Shown here: positions 1-8,652 of the stretch, piece after piece
How positions within the stretch are numbered: position 1 is the first letter of the stretch
Layout: each line of letters starts with the position of its first letter
NCBI RefSeq assembly: GCF_965196625.1
Contig: NZ_OZ239769.1
Location: 660,001 to 692,000 of the forward strand
DNA length: 32,000 nt
Direction: 5' to 3'
DNA from: Candidatus Saccharimonadota bacterium
GTDB lineage: Bacteria > Bacteroidota > Bacteroidia > Cytophagales > Amoebophilaceae
Notes under the pieces: generated by a model
Told to the model about the DNA's origin: nothing
Databases searched by the model: none
What the model saw: only the letters and a program-made list of their open reading frames with translations
Translations under genes and position numbers: made by a program

Positions 1-1
1 T

Positions 2-1312
2 CCTTGGTTGCCTGTAACTAGGGCAGATGAAAGATTGCATTTGGATAAAACAATTGCTAGAGTAAATGAAGCGTTTATTTTGCATTCTGATTTAGAAGCA
101 GTATGCAATCAATTGGCTTTACAACAAGGTAAAGCAGTGGATGCGTCTGTAAAGATGGATCTATTGCGAGAGTTGGTTTTAGACAAGATTTTCTTATCAG
201 AGGCGCTATTGAATGATGTTAAGATCCCTAAAGCATATATTCAAGGCCGCTGTGAGGATAGGGTGGCCAGTTTGATACAGCGATTTGGTTCTGAAGAAAA
301 GCTTGTTGAAGCTGCCGGTCAACCTATTTATGCTTTTAAGAAACGCATCAAGGAAATGATAAAGTCAGAATCGTTGGCTCAACAGACCTATGCTTATATT
401 ACAAAAGAGGTAAGGGTTACACCAGCAGAGGTAACAGCTTATTTCAATAGGTTATCCCCAAATGCGCGTCCTTACTACCCTGCTGCTGTTCAGGTGCATC
501 AATTGGTTGTTTATCCTAAGATAGATGCAAAAAGACAAGAAGCCGCTAAAAGTAAACTTTTGGATTTAAAAAAGTTGCTATTAAATGGTGTGGCTACTTT
601 TTCTGAATTGGCTAAGGAACATTCCGATGACTTTCATTCTGCTCGTAAGGGAGGTGAAATTGGTTGGGTTCCTTTGGGTGTATTGCCACCAGCTTATGAA
701 TCAACTGCTCTTTCGCTAAAGGTTGGGGAGGTTAGTGATCCTATAGCTTTTGAGTTTGGGTGGTATCTTATAACCCTAATAGGGCGTAATAAAGACCAAT
801 ACAATACCCGTCATATCCTGAAGATGCTACCACCTACAGAGCAAGAAATTGAATGGACTAAAGGTGAGTTGAATAAAATTAGATCAGATATAGTGGCTGG
901 AAAATTAACCTTTGAAGCAGCTGTTCAGCAATATTCAGAAGACAAGGGAACGGTTGCTCAAGCAGGATTGATTAAAGCCCCTAGTCAGGGGGGTGACCTT
1001 TTTCCTGGCCTACTCATCCCTGTTGAATCTTTAGATCCAGAGGTCTATTTTGCCATTGATGGACTTAAAGAAGGTGAAGTCAGTGCACCCCAGTATATGG
1101 GCACATCTGCTAGATCCGCTTGTCGGTTGCTCTATCTCAAGCAAAGGGTAGCGGCTCATCCAATGAATCTCACGCAGGATTATGAAAAAATCTACGCTCA
1201 TTTGCTTGAAGAGAAAAAAAAAGAAGCCGTTGCTAAATGGATTCAAACCGCTAAGTCAAAGTTTGTGATTGAGTTTTCTCCAGAATATAGCAAAGTAAAG
1301 GAGTTGCTTTGA
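2..1312 (+). CDS. SurA-like periplasmic chaperone / peptidyl-prolyl cis-trans isomerase with two parvulin (PpiC-type) domains; 5' partial
   Basis: The reading frame is open to the window edge; the listed start at 8 is a TTG and codons continue to position 2. Two parvulin-like segments are present (HSDDFHSARKGGEIGWVPLG...GWYLITLIGR and YSEDKGTVAQAGLI...ACRLLYLKQR), preceded by a SurA-type helical N-terminal region. Confidence 0.8.
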   Translation, partial: PWLPVTRADERLHLDKTIARVNEAFILHSDLEAVCNQLALQQGKAVDASVKMDLLRELVLDKIFLSEALLNDVKIPKAYIQGRCEDRVASLIQRFGSEEKLVEAAGQPIYAFKKRIKEMIKSESLAQQTYAYITKEVRVTPAEVTAYFNRLSPNARPYYPAAVQVHQLVVYPKIDAKRQEAAKSKLLDLKKLLLNGVATFSELAKEHSDDFHSARKGGEIGWVPLGVLPPAYESTALSLKVGEVSDPIAFEFGWYLITLIGRNKDQYNTRHILKMLPPTEQEIEWTKGELNKIRSDIVAGKLTFEAAVQQYSEDKGTVAQAGLIKAPSQGGDLFPGLLIPVESLDPEVYFAIDGLKEGEVSAPQYMGTSARSACRLLYLKQRVAAHPMNLTQDYEKIYAHLLEEKKKEAVAKWIQTAKSKFVIEFSPEYSKVKELL

Positions 1313-1360
1313 TGGTACCCTTGTGTCAACGTGACTGTAGGCTTTGGTATACGCCTCCGT

Positions 1361-1460
1361 TTAAGGAAAATTTAGTCTAGCATAGAGATGCAAATGGATG
1401 GCTAGCATACTCCATCACCCATGTCCGCCGATAAAAAGTTGGCGCGAAGTAAAAGTAAAC
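1361..1460 (-). repeat. Dispersed repeat family A, copy 1 (inverted orientation)
   Basis: The reverse complement of 1361..1445 aligns to 28575..28659 with 8 mismatches over 85 positions (hand alignment). The core is GCGCCAACTTTTTATCGGCGGACATGGGTGATGGAG. The TTACTTTTACTT extension (to 1460) is shared with 13597..13646. Confidence 0.75.
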
Positions 1461-1473
1461 CTATATTGATAAA

Positions 1474-2340
1474 CTAGGGCGTGTCGTCAATTATGTGATT
1501 AATATAATGGAAGCGGCAAATTTAATTGCTTCCAAAAAATATTTTCCTCGTTTACAGTAACGCGTAGCAATGCCTCTAAATTGTTTTAATCGAGCAAAAA
1601 ATCGTTCAACTACATTTCGGTTTTTATAATAATTTTTGTCAAAATCACGTGTTTCCTTTCTATTTGATCTAGGAGGGATAACAGCTATTGCTCCCATATT
1701 TTCAATGCATTTAAGAATAGCTTGACTATCATAGGCTCTATCAGCTATTACAAAATTGGCTTTTTTATTATCTAATAAATCCTCAGCAAGTTGACTATCG
1801 TGGACTTGACCACCTGTAACTACCAAATCAACAGGATTTCCAGATTGATCTGATAAACAATGTATCTTACTTGTTAACCCTCCCCGAGAACGACCTAACC
1901 ATTCATCTTGAAATTCTCTATTATTTTTTTTTAGATGCACCAGAAGCATGTTGATGCGCTTTGACAAGCGTTCCATCCATAGCTAAAAAACCCCTATTAC
2001 CATCATCTGATAATGAACGAAAAATAGCGTTAAAAACACCTTTTTTTGACCAAAGTGAAAACCTTCGATGCGCATTTTTCCAGCAACCATACCGCTCTGG
2101 TAGATCACGCCAAGGAGCACCTGTTTTAAACAACCAAAAAATTCCATTTAGAAAGGTTCTATTACTTTTTGCAGTTACGCCTACTGAACCTTGACGACCA
2201 GGAAGTAAATGGGATATTTTTTCAAATTGTGATTCAGTCAATTCGTGACGTCGCATCTTGTGTTATTGATTTATTGAAAGAAATAAAGAAATTAAATCCT
2301 TAATAAATATAACTTATTTTTAATTGACGACACACCCTAG
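1474..2340 (-). mobile_element. Complete IS5-family insertion sequence (IS427/IS1031-like), about 867 bp
   Basis: Terminal inverted repeats are CTAGGGCGTGTCGTCAATTA (1474..1493) and TAATTGACGACACACCCTAG (2321..2340), 20 bp with 1 mismatch. They enclose a two-ORF transposase. The outermost CTAG on each side may instead be a 4-bp target duplication. Confidence 0.85.
1491..2256 (-). CDS. IS5-family DDE transposase, orfA+orfB joined by a programmed -1 frameshift
   Basis: orfA is 1921..2256 (MRRHELTESQFEKISHLLPG...APWRDLPERYG). orfB is 1491..1976 and carries DDE-domain motifs (FVIADRAYDS, YKNRNVVERFFARLKQFRGIATRY). The overlap contains a run of 9 A on the coding strand (T-run 1924..1932 on +), an A-AAA-AAA type slippery site. 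Confidence 0.85.
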
Positions 2341-2553
2341 ATATTCACGCTCAGGGGAAAGCGTGCCATCCTCCCATGCTATTAATTTATTTAATGTATA
2401 ATTGCTACTCATATCTAACATAGATTTAGATCTTTCTATAGTAAGCCCCTTGCAAGCGCTTTCACTTGATTTTTTCTAATTAGAAGTTAAGTGCATTATA
2501 TTTTTAATTATTATTATAGTGTAGCGTGTAATTTTTATATAAATCTTAATGTT

Positions 2554-2862
2554 ATGACCCGATTTACCAGATTTAAAGAAGAGAGATTATCCTTACAAGA
2601 GTATGAAATGATAGTTGGTGGCGGTGGTAATGCATCTAAGACATATGTAGGAGATGGGCTCTATTATAGAGGAAGCAATCTCTATCACGATAATGTTGAT
2701 CCACCAAAAGGTTCTCTGTATGCATTCAAACCAGGTGATAGTGCAGAAATGAAAACAGTGAAAAGCGAGATGTTTCAAGATGCGATAGGATCAAATCCTT
2801 GTGATGAAAAGGTAAAAGGAATGCATTTCCATCCTGAGGTTTTTCAAAAGCGTTCTAAGTAA
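2554..2862 (+). CDS. Small exported-peptide precursor with double-glycine (GG) leader, 102 aa
   Basis: From the ATG at 2554 the product begins MTRFTRFKEERLSLQEYEMIVGG|GGNASKTYVGDG. The segment LSLQEYEMIVGG matches the class II bacteriocin / ColV-type leader consensus LSxxELxxIxGG (hydrophobic at -4, -7, -12; Glu at -8). The 79-aa core is Gly/Tyr-rich at its N-terminus. The upstream GTG at 2491 adds only an implausible AT-rich extension. Confidence 0.55.
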   Translation: MTRFTRFKEERLSLQEYEMIVGGGGNASKTYVGDGLYYRGSNLYHDNVDPPKGSLYAFKPGDSAEMKTVKSEMFQDAIGSNPCDEKVKGMHFHPEVFQKRSK

Positions 2863-2986
2863 TATACTTTACCTGTTAGATTATAACAGTGTTGCATTCA
2901 ATATACAATTGAATTTTATATGGCTGCATTTTATGCAGTATTTTAATAGGCAGTTTTAATAAGCTGCTAAAGATGTAAATCAAAAT

Positions 2987-3022
2987 TAAATAGAAGGCGT
3001 TATGCATTAAGCCTTCTATTTA
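2987..3022 (+). terminator. Candidate rho-independent terminator / hairpin
   Basis: AAATAGAAGGC (2988..2998) pairs perfectly with GCCTTCTATTT (3011..3021). The loop is 12 nt and the stem is followed by ACGTTTTTA. It lies between the GG-peptide gene and the 3043 ORF. Confidence 0.4.
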
Positions 3023-3042
3023 CGTTTTTACATAAATAGAAA

Positions 3043-4325
3043 ATGTTAAATAGGACTATAATTAAAAAATGGAGGCTATGCTTATATAGCTTATTGGTTT
3101 TAGGTGTGCAGCCACTAGTTGCATCGGCAAGTAGAGCTTCCGATGTTGTAAAGCAGGCTAAGCAATCAGTAGTTTCTATTGATTATAAGCCAATCTTAAC
3201 CGCCTATTCCATTCCTTTGGAGGGAGGAGCAACTGGTGTGGTAGTTGATAAACAGGAGGGGTATCTCTTAACCAATGGTATGATCGGTGAACCTACAATC
3301 GCAGAATATACCGTTAGCTTTTTTAATGGTACAAAAGCTAAAGCAAAAATTTGCTATTCTGATCCCTGGTTAAACTTTTCTATTCTAAAACTAGATCCAG
3401 CTATTATTCCAACTGAAGCCCTTGCTGTGAAAATCAGTGAGCAAGAGCCTATAGAGGGGGAAGCTATTTTTACAATTACAATTCCTGAAGAAAAAAGGAC
3501 ACAAAGGATTCTATCCAAGGGTAGGGTATCAGATATAAACTTTGTAAAAGTGGTAAGAATGCCAGAGCATCTTATTGATATCAGCATGGATACCAATGAT
3601 GGAGGAGTTGGTTCTTTAGTATTTAATCAAAAGGGCGAGGGGATTGCTTTAATAAATTTCAAAAGGCAAAGAACACTACACTGGTAGTAAACTCTATACT
3701 AAAAGGTTCTCCTGCAGAAGGGAAGCTTATGGTTGGTGATATTATCTGGGCAATTGATGGTAAGCAGATAGGACCCAGCTTAGTAGATTTTGATATGGCT
3801 CAAAATAAATCTACTAAAGACCATATTCTATTGACTATATGTAGAAGAGGTCGATTTCAGGATATCATCATCCCGCTTTATAATTTAGAGGATCATCGCA
3901 TTACCAGAATGGTTCAGTTTGGTGGAACTGTTTTCTTTGAAACAGATGATTTTTCTAGCCGGCTTGGTGGTGTTTTTCCTAAAACATTGACCTTTTGTTT
4001 CGCACAGCCTAATAACATTTTTAAAGAAATATTTCATAGTTCTTTTAAAAAAATTAAAGTTTATACTTTAGAGTTGGTAGCTGTAAATGGTCAGCCTGTT
4101 TGTCGATTAGATGAACTAATAACGGGAATCCCTACCTGGATAAAACAGCAATATTTTACAGTTGACTATATTAACCATGCAAATGAGCCTGTATTGGGAA
4201 ACAGCTATCTATCTGTTGCGCAAGATCGATACAAAGCCAATGTAGCATATGACACAACCCTACAACTACCTAAAATATGGCTATGGAATGCTTTAAAGTT
4301 ACAGTGGGAAGAAAAATCAATTTAA
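3043..4325 (+). pseudogene. HtrA/Nma111-like trypsin-fold protease + PDZ protein, frameshifted, with apparently substituted catalytic triad
   Basis: ORF 3043..3687 has a signal peptide (LVLGVQPLVASAS) and a trypsin-fold domain. ORF 3729..4325 begins inside a PDZ strand. Its frame is open back to 3627 and reads ...TTLVVNSILKGSPAEGKLMVGDIIWAIDGKQI, so the two ORFs are one gene split by a frameshift near 3650..3687. The barrel-to-PDZ linker also looks shortened. Triad positions read TNGMIG (expected TNxHV), LNFSILKLD (expected D-[FL]-x-[LV]-LK) and DGGVGSLV (expected GxSGxP). Confidence 0.65.
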
Positions 4326-4479
4326 CTATCGTAATACCACGTGTGGTTACGTAATCTATAATGGACTGAAAATAACTACAGGGTATGGGTTGCTATATGT
4401 GGCAAAACAAATTTTTGCCAATGGCGTCAATATAAGGCTTATGTTTTAATTGATTTTCAGTTATAACAGTATCGTTTTA

Positions 4480-4514
4480 GCTAAAAAGTAGGATTTTATA
4501 TCCTACTTTTTAGC
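4480..4514. terminator. Bidirectional rho-independent terminator between convergent genes
   Basis: Perfect 15-bp stem: GCTAAAAAGTAGGAT (4480..4494) pairs with ATCCTACTTTTTAGC (4500..4514), with a 5-nt loop. A/T runs lie on both sides. It sits 10 nt beyond the stop of the minus-strand ankyrin gene. Confidence 0.6.
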
Positions 4515-4523
4515 CTTTAGTTT

Positions 4524-5142
4524 TTAGCTGCTAGCTTTTAGTTGCTCTTCTTCTGGCTCCTCTTTCAATTCCTCTGCAGGTGTCTTTTCGTGTTTTTTAC
4601 ATTTTATCGTCAAATCAGCTCCAGCTGATGCGAGTAAATTGTATGTTTCCTTATAACCTTTACGTGCTGCCTGATGTGCTGGCGTATGACCATTATTATT
4701 TTGTATATTGATTAGATATGTATTGTCTGGGTGGCCTTTTATCCATTCAAGTATATGCCCCACTATATTTATATACCCTCTAGTTGCTGCCATATGGAGT
4801 GGCGTGTTTCCGTATTTATTAACTGTCTCCAAAACCTTTGGGTCTTTTGTAACTAATTCGTGGAATCTATTTAAATCATTGTCCTCTGCTGCTAAATGTA
4901 TCGGGGCATTGTCATGCTCATTTGACGTGTATACCTCTAGAAGTTGTTGTTATTTCAGTTGAATTTATTGTATTTAATCTTTCTGCTTCTTTTTGACCTG
5001 GGCTGTCCGTTGGGTTGTCTCCTATGCCATAACGCATACTGCTTTTGTTGCAAGCAGTAAGCAAAGCTGTGCCTATCATTGTCGCTATTATATACCATGA
5101 TGTATGGTTCATATGCTTTGGTAATCTGTGTGTGTTATACAT
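4524..5142 (-). pseudogene. Ankyrin-repeat lipoprotein, interrupted by a frameshift
   Basis: The N-terminal ORF (start most plausibly ATG 5142 or 5112) encodes a lipoprotein signal, ...WYIIATMIGTALLTAC|NKSS, and stops at 4918. A second frame is open from 4949 and reads LLEVYTSNEHDNAPIHLAAEDNDLNRFHELVTKDPKVLETVNKYGNTPLHMAATRGYINIV...NNGHTPAHQAARKGY (three ANK repeats). It has no start codon until the TTG at 4832. A single indel in 4921..4949 would join the two. Confidence 0.65.
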
Positions 5143-5652
5143 GATACTATTTATTTTAGGTTTATATGATTTATATACTAGGAACGAACCAATTGGCGCC
5201 ATTTTTTATAGCGTATTGTGCTTGCTCCCTTACTTTGAACGATTCACTACGTTGTTAACCTCTTAAGCAATTACTGAAAGTTGATACAAGCGCAAGCCGT
5301 TGATAGGCTATTTGTATAGTCTATATATTTAAACCTGCTTGCACATTTTTTTATTAAAAAAGTTAAAACTAATGTGAATAATTCATAGTATATAAAAAAA
5401 TTCATTTATGCAATATGTAAAGGCCTAATTTTTTCAATCGTTATATAGCTTTTTGTTTTAGTATCTATTTTTACCACCTAATGGTCGCTTTCGTTCCAGC
5501 AAAATTGCTCCTTTCGGCTATGGAGCTTTTTATAATGTAGCACAAGTCCAGGCATCTTAGTTTTTTTTGGATAAATTTTAATAAATTGCTATGCTTAGCA
5601 TCAGCCATTTTGCGCTTTTAGCGTAGTGTTGTCACCATATATCCTTTTAGGC

Positions 5653-6957
5653 ATGTCAGAAATTATCGCTAGTCTTGACATAGGTACCAGTAAAATTTGT
5701 GTCGTTATAGGGGCGCAAAGCCAGTATGATGCTGGTAAACTTGAGGTTTTAGGTATGGGAACGGCTGCTGCAGATGGGATTGTGCGTGGTATGATCGTGA
5801 ACATTGATAAAGCCGCTATTGCGATCAGGCAAGCATTGCAAGCTGCTGAAGAAGATTCGGGTATAAACATCAATATCGTAAATGTAAATATTTCAGGCAA
5901 GCATGTAGCAGGTGCTTGCCATCATGGCAGCATTACTAGAGATGCCATAGAAGAGGAAATTACAGTGGAAGATATCAAAAAACTTACCAGTGATATGTAC
6001 CGCATTGTAACCCCTCTGGGTACAGAAATTATTCATGCTATGCCCCAAGAATATACCATAGATTATGAAATTGTAACCCAAGATCCAGTAGGCATGTCAG
6101 GTGTGAAGTTAGAGGCGAATTTTCATATCATTACAGCGAAGACACATGCCATTCAAAATATACATAAATGTATTAAAAAGGCTGGTGTAGAAGCAGAAAT
6201 GGTTATGGCTTCTGCATTAGCGGCCAGTTTGGCGCTATTGAGTGATGAAGAAAAGGAGGCAGGGGTTTGTTTGATCGATTTTGGCGGGAGTATTATTAAT
6301 ATAGTGGTCTTTTATGATGCCATTATTCGGTATACTGCTACCATTCCACTTGGCGGTCATATGATTACTTCAGATATACAGCAGAGTTGTATGGTTATGG
6401 AGCGGCAAGCGGAGTTGTTAAAGGTTAAATTTGGCAATATTGAAGCGAATGCCTTGGATACGCAAGCAGTCGTAACCATTCCCGGATTGCGCAATCGTAC
6501 ACCCAAAGAGGTGGTTACCACGAATTTGACTAAAATTATACAGGCACGTGTAGAAGAAATGGTAACTTTTATCCATGAAGAAATTGTAGGTTCTGGTTTT
6601 TATGACAAACTAGTAGCTGGTATCGTTGTAACGGGTGGAAGTGCCAATTTACCAGGCATACAGTCGATGCTTCAGCAGATAACCGGATTGGACACCCGTT
6701 TGGGCTTTCCAGATGAGTATTTAGAGGAGGGCAGCAGGAAGCAGCTACGCGACCCTAGTTACGTAACGGCTGTTGGGCTCGCTTTAGCAGGGTTTAAAAC
6801 ATTAGACTATAGAGAAGCCTACTATAGATCGGCTCAGTCTGCTGATTTGAATTTTACCAAAAAGAATATTAAAAAAGCAAAAAAAAGCAGTTTTTCTTTT
6901 GCACGTATGATTACCAAAACGAAAGCTTTTTTAGTAGATGACTATGATGATAATTAG
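5653..6957 (+). CDS. ftsA: Cell division protein FtsA
   Basis: Actin-fold motifs are present: MSEIIASLDIGTSKICVVIG, LIDFGGSIINIVVF, VVTGGSANLPGI. It lies immediately upstream of ftsZ. The ATG at 5653 is preferred over the GTG at 5626. Confidence 0.93.
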   Translation: MSEIIASLDIGTSKICVVIGAQSQYDAGKLEVLGMGTAAADGIVRGMIVNIDKAAIAIRQALQAAEEDSGININIVNVNISGKHVAGACHHGSITRDAIEEEITVEDIKKLTSDMYRIVTPLGTEIIHAMPQEYTIDYEIVTQDPVGMSGVKLEANFHIITAKTHAIQNIHKCIKKAGVEAEMVMASALAASLALLSDEEKEAGVCLIDFGGSIINIVVFYDAIIRYTATIPLGGHMITSDIQQSCMVMERQAELLKVKFGNIEANALDTQAVVTIPGLRNRTPKEVVTTNLTKIIQARVEEMVTFIHEEIVGSGFYDKLVAGIVVTGGSANLPGIQSMLQQITGLDTRLGFPDEYLEEGSRKQLRDPSYVTAVGLALAGFKTLDYREAYYRSAQSADLNFTKKNIKKAKKSSFSFARMITKTKAFLVDDYDDN

Positions 6958-7032
6958 TGGCTAAATAGTGGTTCACTTATTATATTTGTTCTGCCTGCAT
7001 ATAGGTTGTTTGAGTACCGCATTGTATAAGTT

Positions 7033-8442
7033 ATGAAGGATATTACCTATAAGTTTGATTTACCTACCCACCATAAATCTATTATCAGAGTGATAGGGGT
7101 AGGAGGTGGCGGCAGCAATGCAGTAAACAATATGTATAAGCGTGGCATCAAAGATGTCTCCTTTATTGTGTGCAACACCGATGTACAAGCGCTGCAAAAT
7201 AGCCCTATACCCATTAAGCTTCAAATTGGCGCGGCACTGACCAGTGGGCTAGGTGCTGGTGCGAATCCAGAGGTAGGGCGTAATGCGGCATTAGAAAGCA
7301 AAGAGAGCATTCGAGAATTGTTGGATGATGATACAAAAATGCTTTTTGTTACAGCTGGTATGGGAGGGGGGACAGGTACAGGTGCGGCCCCTGTAATTGC
7401 TAGCATTGCCCGTAAGCAGGGTATTTTAACGGTTGGCATTGTCACGCTACCTTTTTCATTTGAAGGTAAAAAAAAGCATTTACAGGCCCAAGAAGGTATT
7501 AATGAGTTGCGCAAACATTGTGATACCGTTCTGATCATTTTAAATGATAAAATCCAAACCATATTAGGGGGGCTTTCGATCAGTGAAGCTTTTCTAGAAG
7601 CAGACAATGTATTGACCACTGCTGCTAAAAGCATTGCCGAGATTATTACCGTTCCTGGTTATGTAAATGTGGATTTTGAAGATGTGAAGACGGTAATGAA
7701 AAATGCAGGGGCAGCGGTTATGGGTTCTGGTGAAGCCGAGGGGGAAGGCAGGGCATTACAAGCTGCTGAAACGGCATTGGCTTCTCCTTTATTGGATTAC
7801 ACAGATATTCGTGGCGCAAAAAAAATACTCTTATCAATCGTTTCTGGTAAAACGGCTGAATTACAAATGGATGAGCTTACCATTATTACCAATTACATAC
7901 AGGAACAAACGGGCAATGATGCTGAAATGATTTTTGGCCATGGTTCTGATCCAGAGATGTCAGAAAGCATTAGGGTTACGGTGATTGCCACTGGGTTTAG
8001 TAAAGAAGAAGAGGATGTAAGTCAGGATATTTGTGACTACGCAAAGCCCAACGCCATGCATCTTAATGCGCAAGCCTTGTATCATTCTGAAGCCAATAGG
8101 CCAATCGTGGAAGGCTCAGCTGATCAACCAGCCCTTGAAGTGGCTTTAAAAGCAACTAAAAAAAGAGCCAAAGAAGCTGGTGGAGCGGAACCAGCTGCGG
8201 TACAGTTGCCTTTGCCTTTTAGTGCGCCTCAGGAGGTAGCGTTGGAAAAAAGTTGTCCATATGGGCATTCGGTTACTACCCATGCCAAGCGCGGGCGTCC
8301 GTCCAGAAGCTGGGATGATCGTTCTTTCAAAGAAGAATTAGAAATACCTGCTTATTTAAGAAAAAAGATAACACTTGATGGTGGAGAAAAAGAATGGACC
8401 CGCTATCGGTTAGAAGATCCACTGGATGATCCTGCTTCGTAG
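7033..8442 (+). CDS. ftsZ: Cell division GTPase FtsZ
   Basis: Tubulin signature GGGTGTGAAPVIA, plus IRVIGVGGGGSNAVNNM and NTDVQAL. The conserved C-terminal peptide EIPAYLRKK is present. Confidence 0.97.
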   Translation: MKDITYKFDLPTHHKSIIRVIGVGGGGSNAVNNMYKRGIKDVSFIVCNTDVQALQNSPIPIKLQIGAALTSGLGAGANPEVGRNAALESKESIRELLDDDTKMLFVTAGMGGGTGTGAAPVIASIARKQGILTVGIVTLPFSFEGKKKHLQAQEGINELRKHCDTVLIILNDKIQTILGGLSISEAFLEADNVLTTAAKSIAEIITVPGYVNVDFEDVKTVMKNAGAAVMGSGEAEGEGRALQAAETALASPLLDYTDIRGAKKILLSIVSGKTAELQMDELTIITNYIQEQTGNDAEMIFGHGSDPEMSESIRVTVIATGFSKEEEDVSQDICDYAKPNAMHLNAQALYHSEANRPIVEGSADQPALEVALKATKKRAKEAGGAEPAAVQLPLPFSAPQEVALEKSCPYGHSVTTHAKRGRPSRSWDDRSFKEELEIPAYLRKKITLDGGEKEWTRYRLEDPLDDPAS

Positions 8443-8652
8443 CGAAGTATTGCATATAAAGATTATTATAGAAGTGCATCTAAAGTTACATTTTATACTT
8501 ATTCAGGAAATAGTGTCAGATGAAAGAGCTATGTTTTGTTGATTTTCAAATAAAAAATATGTAATATATAAATAGGCTGTTTCAAGGACGTGTTTTTGTC
8601 TTGTTCCGGAGATGTTAGAAATCTTATTATTGTAAATGCTCTCGATTAGTCT

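Noticed and set aside
1214-1222. A9 homopolymer in the PPIase gene as a possible phase-variation or slippage site
   Set aside because: It is in frame (EEKKKEA) near the 3' end, with no alternative ORF beyond it. Similar A-runs are common in this AT-rich genome.
1961-2194. 77-aa plus-strand ORF inside the IS
   Set aside because: It is antisense to transposase orfA and has no motif.
2491-2553. GTG-initiated 21-codon extension of the GG-leader ORF (MHYIFNYYYSVACNFYINLNV)
   Set aside because: The extension is AT-rich and implausible. The ATG at 2554 gives a leader of canonical length ending in GG.
4708-5266. Plus-strand ORFs 4708..4962 and 5045..5266
   Set aside because: They are antisense to the ankyrin lipoprotein pseudogene. 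Their hydrophobic translations are typical of the reverse strand of AT-rich coding DNA.
5626-5652. GTG start for ftsA
   Set aside because: The ATG at 5653 gives MSEIIASLDIGTSK, the usual FtsA N-terminus. The 9 extra codons have no support.
7221-7930. ORFs 7221..7634 (-) and 7703..7930 (+) inside ftsZ
   Set aside because: One is antisense and the other is in an alternate frame of an unambiguous ftsZ. Their low-complexity Ala/Pro/Ser translations mirror the Gly-rich ftsZ codons.
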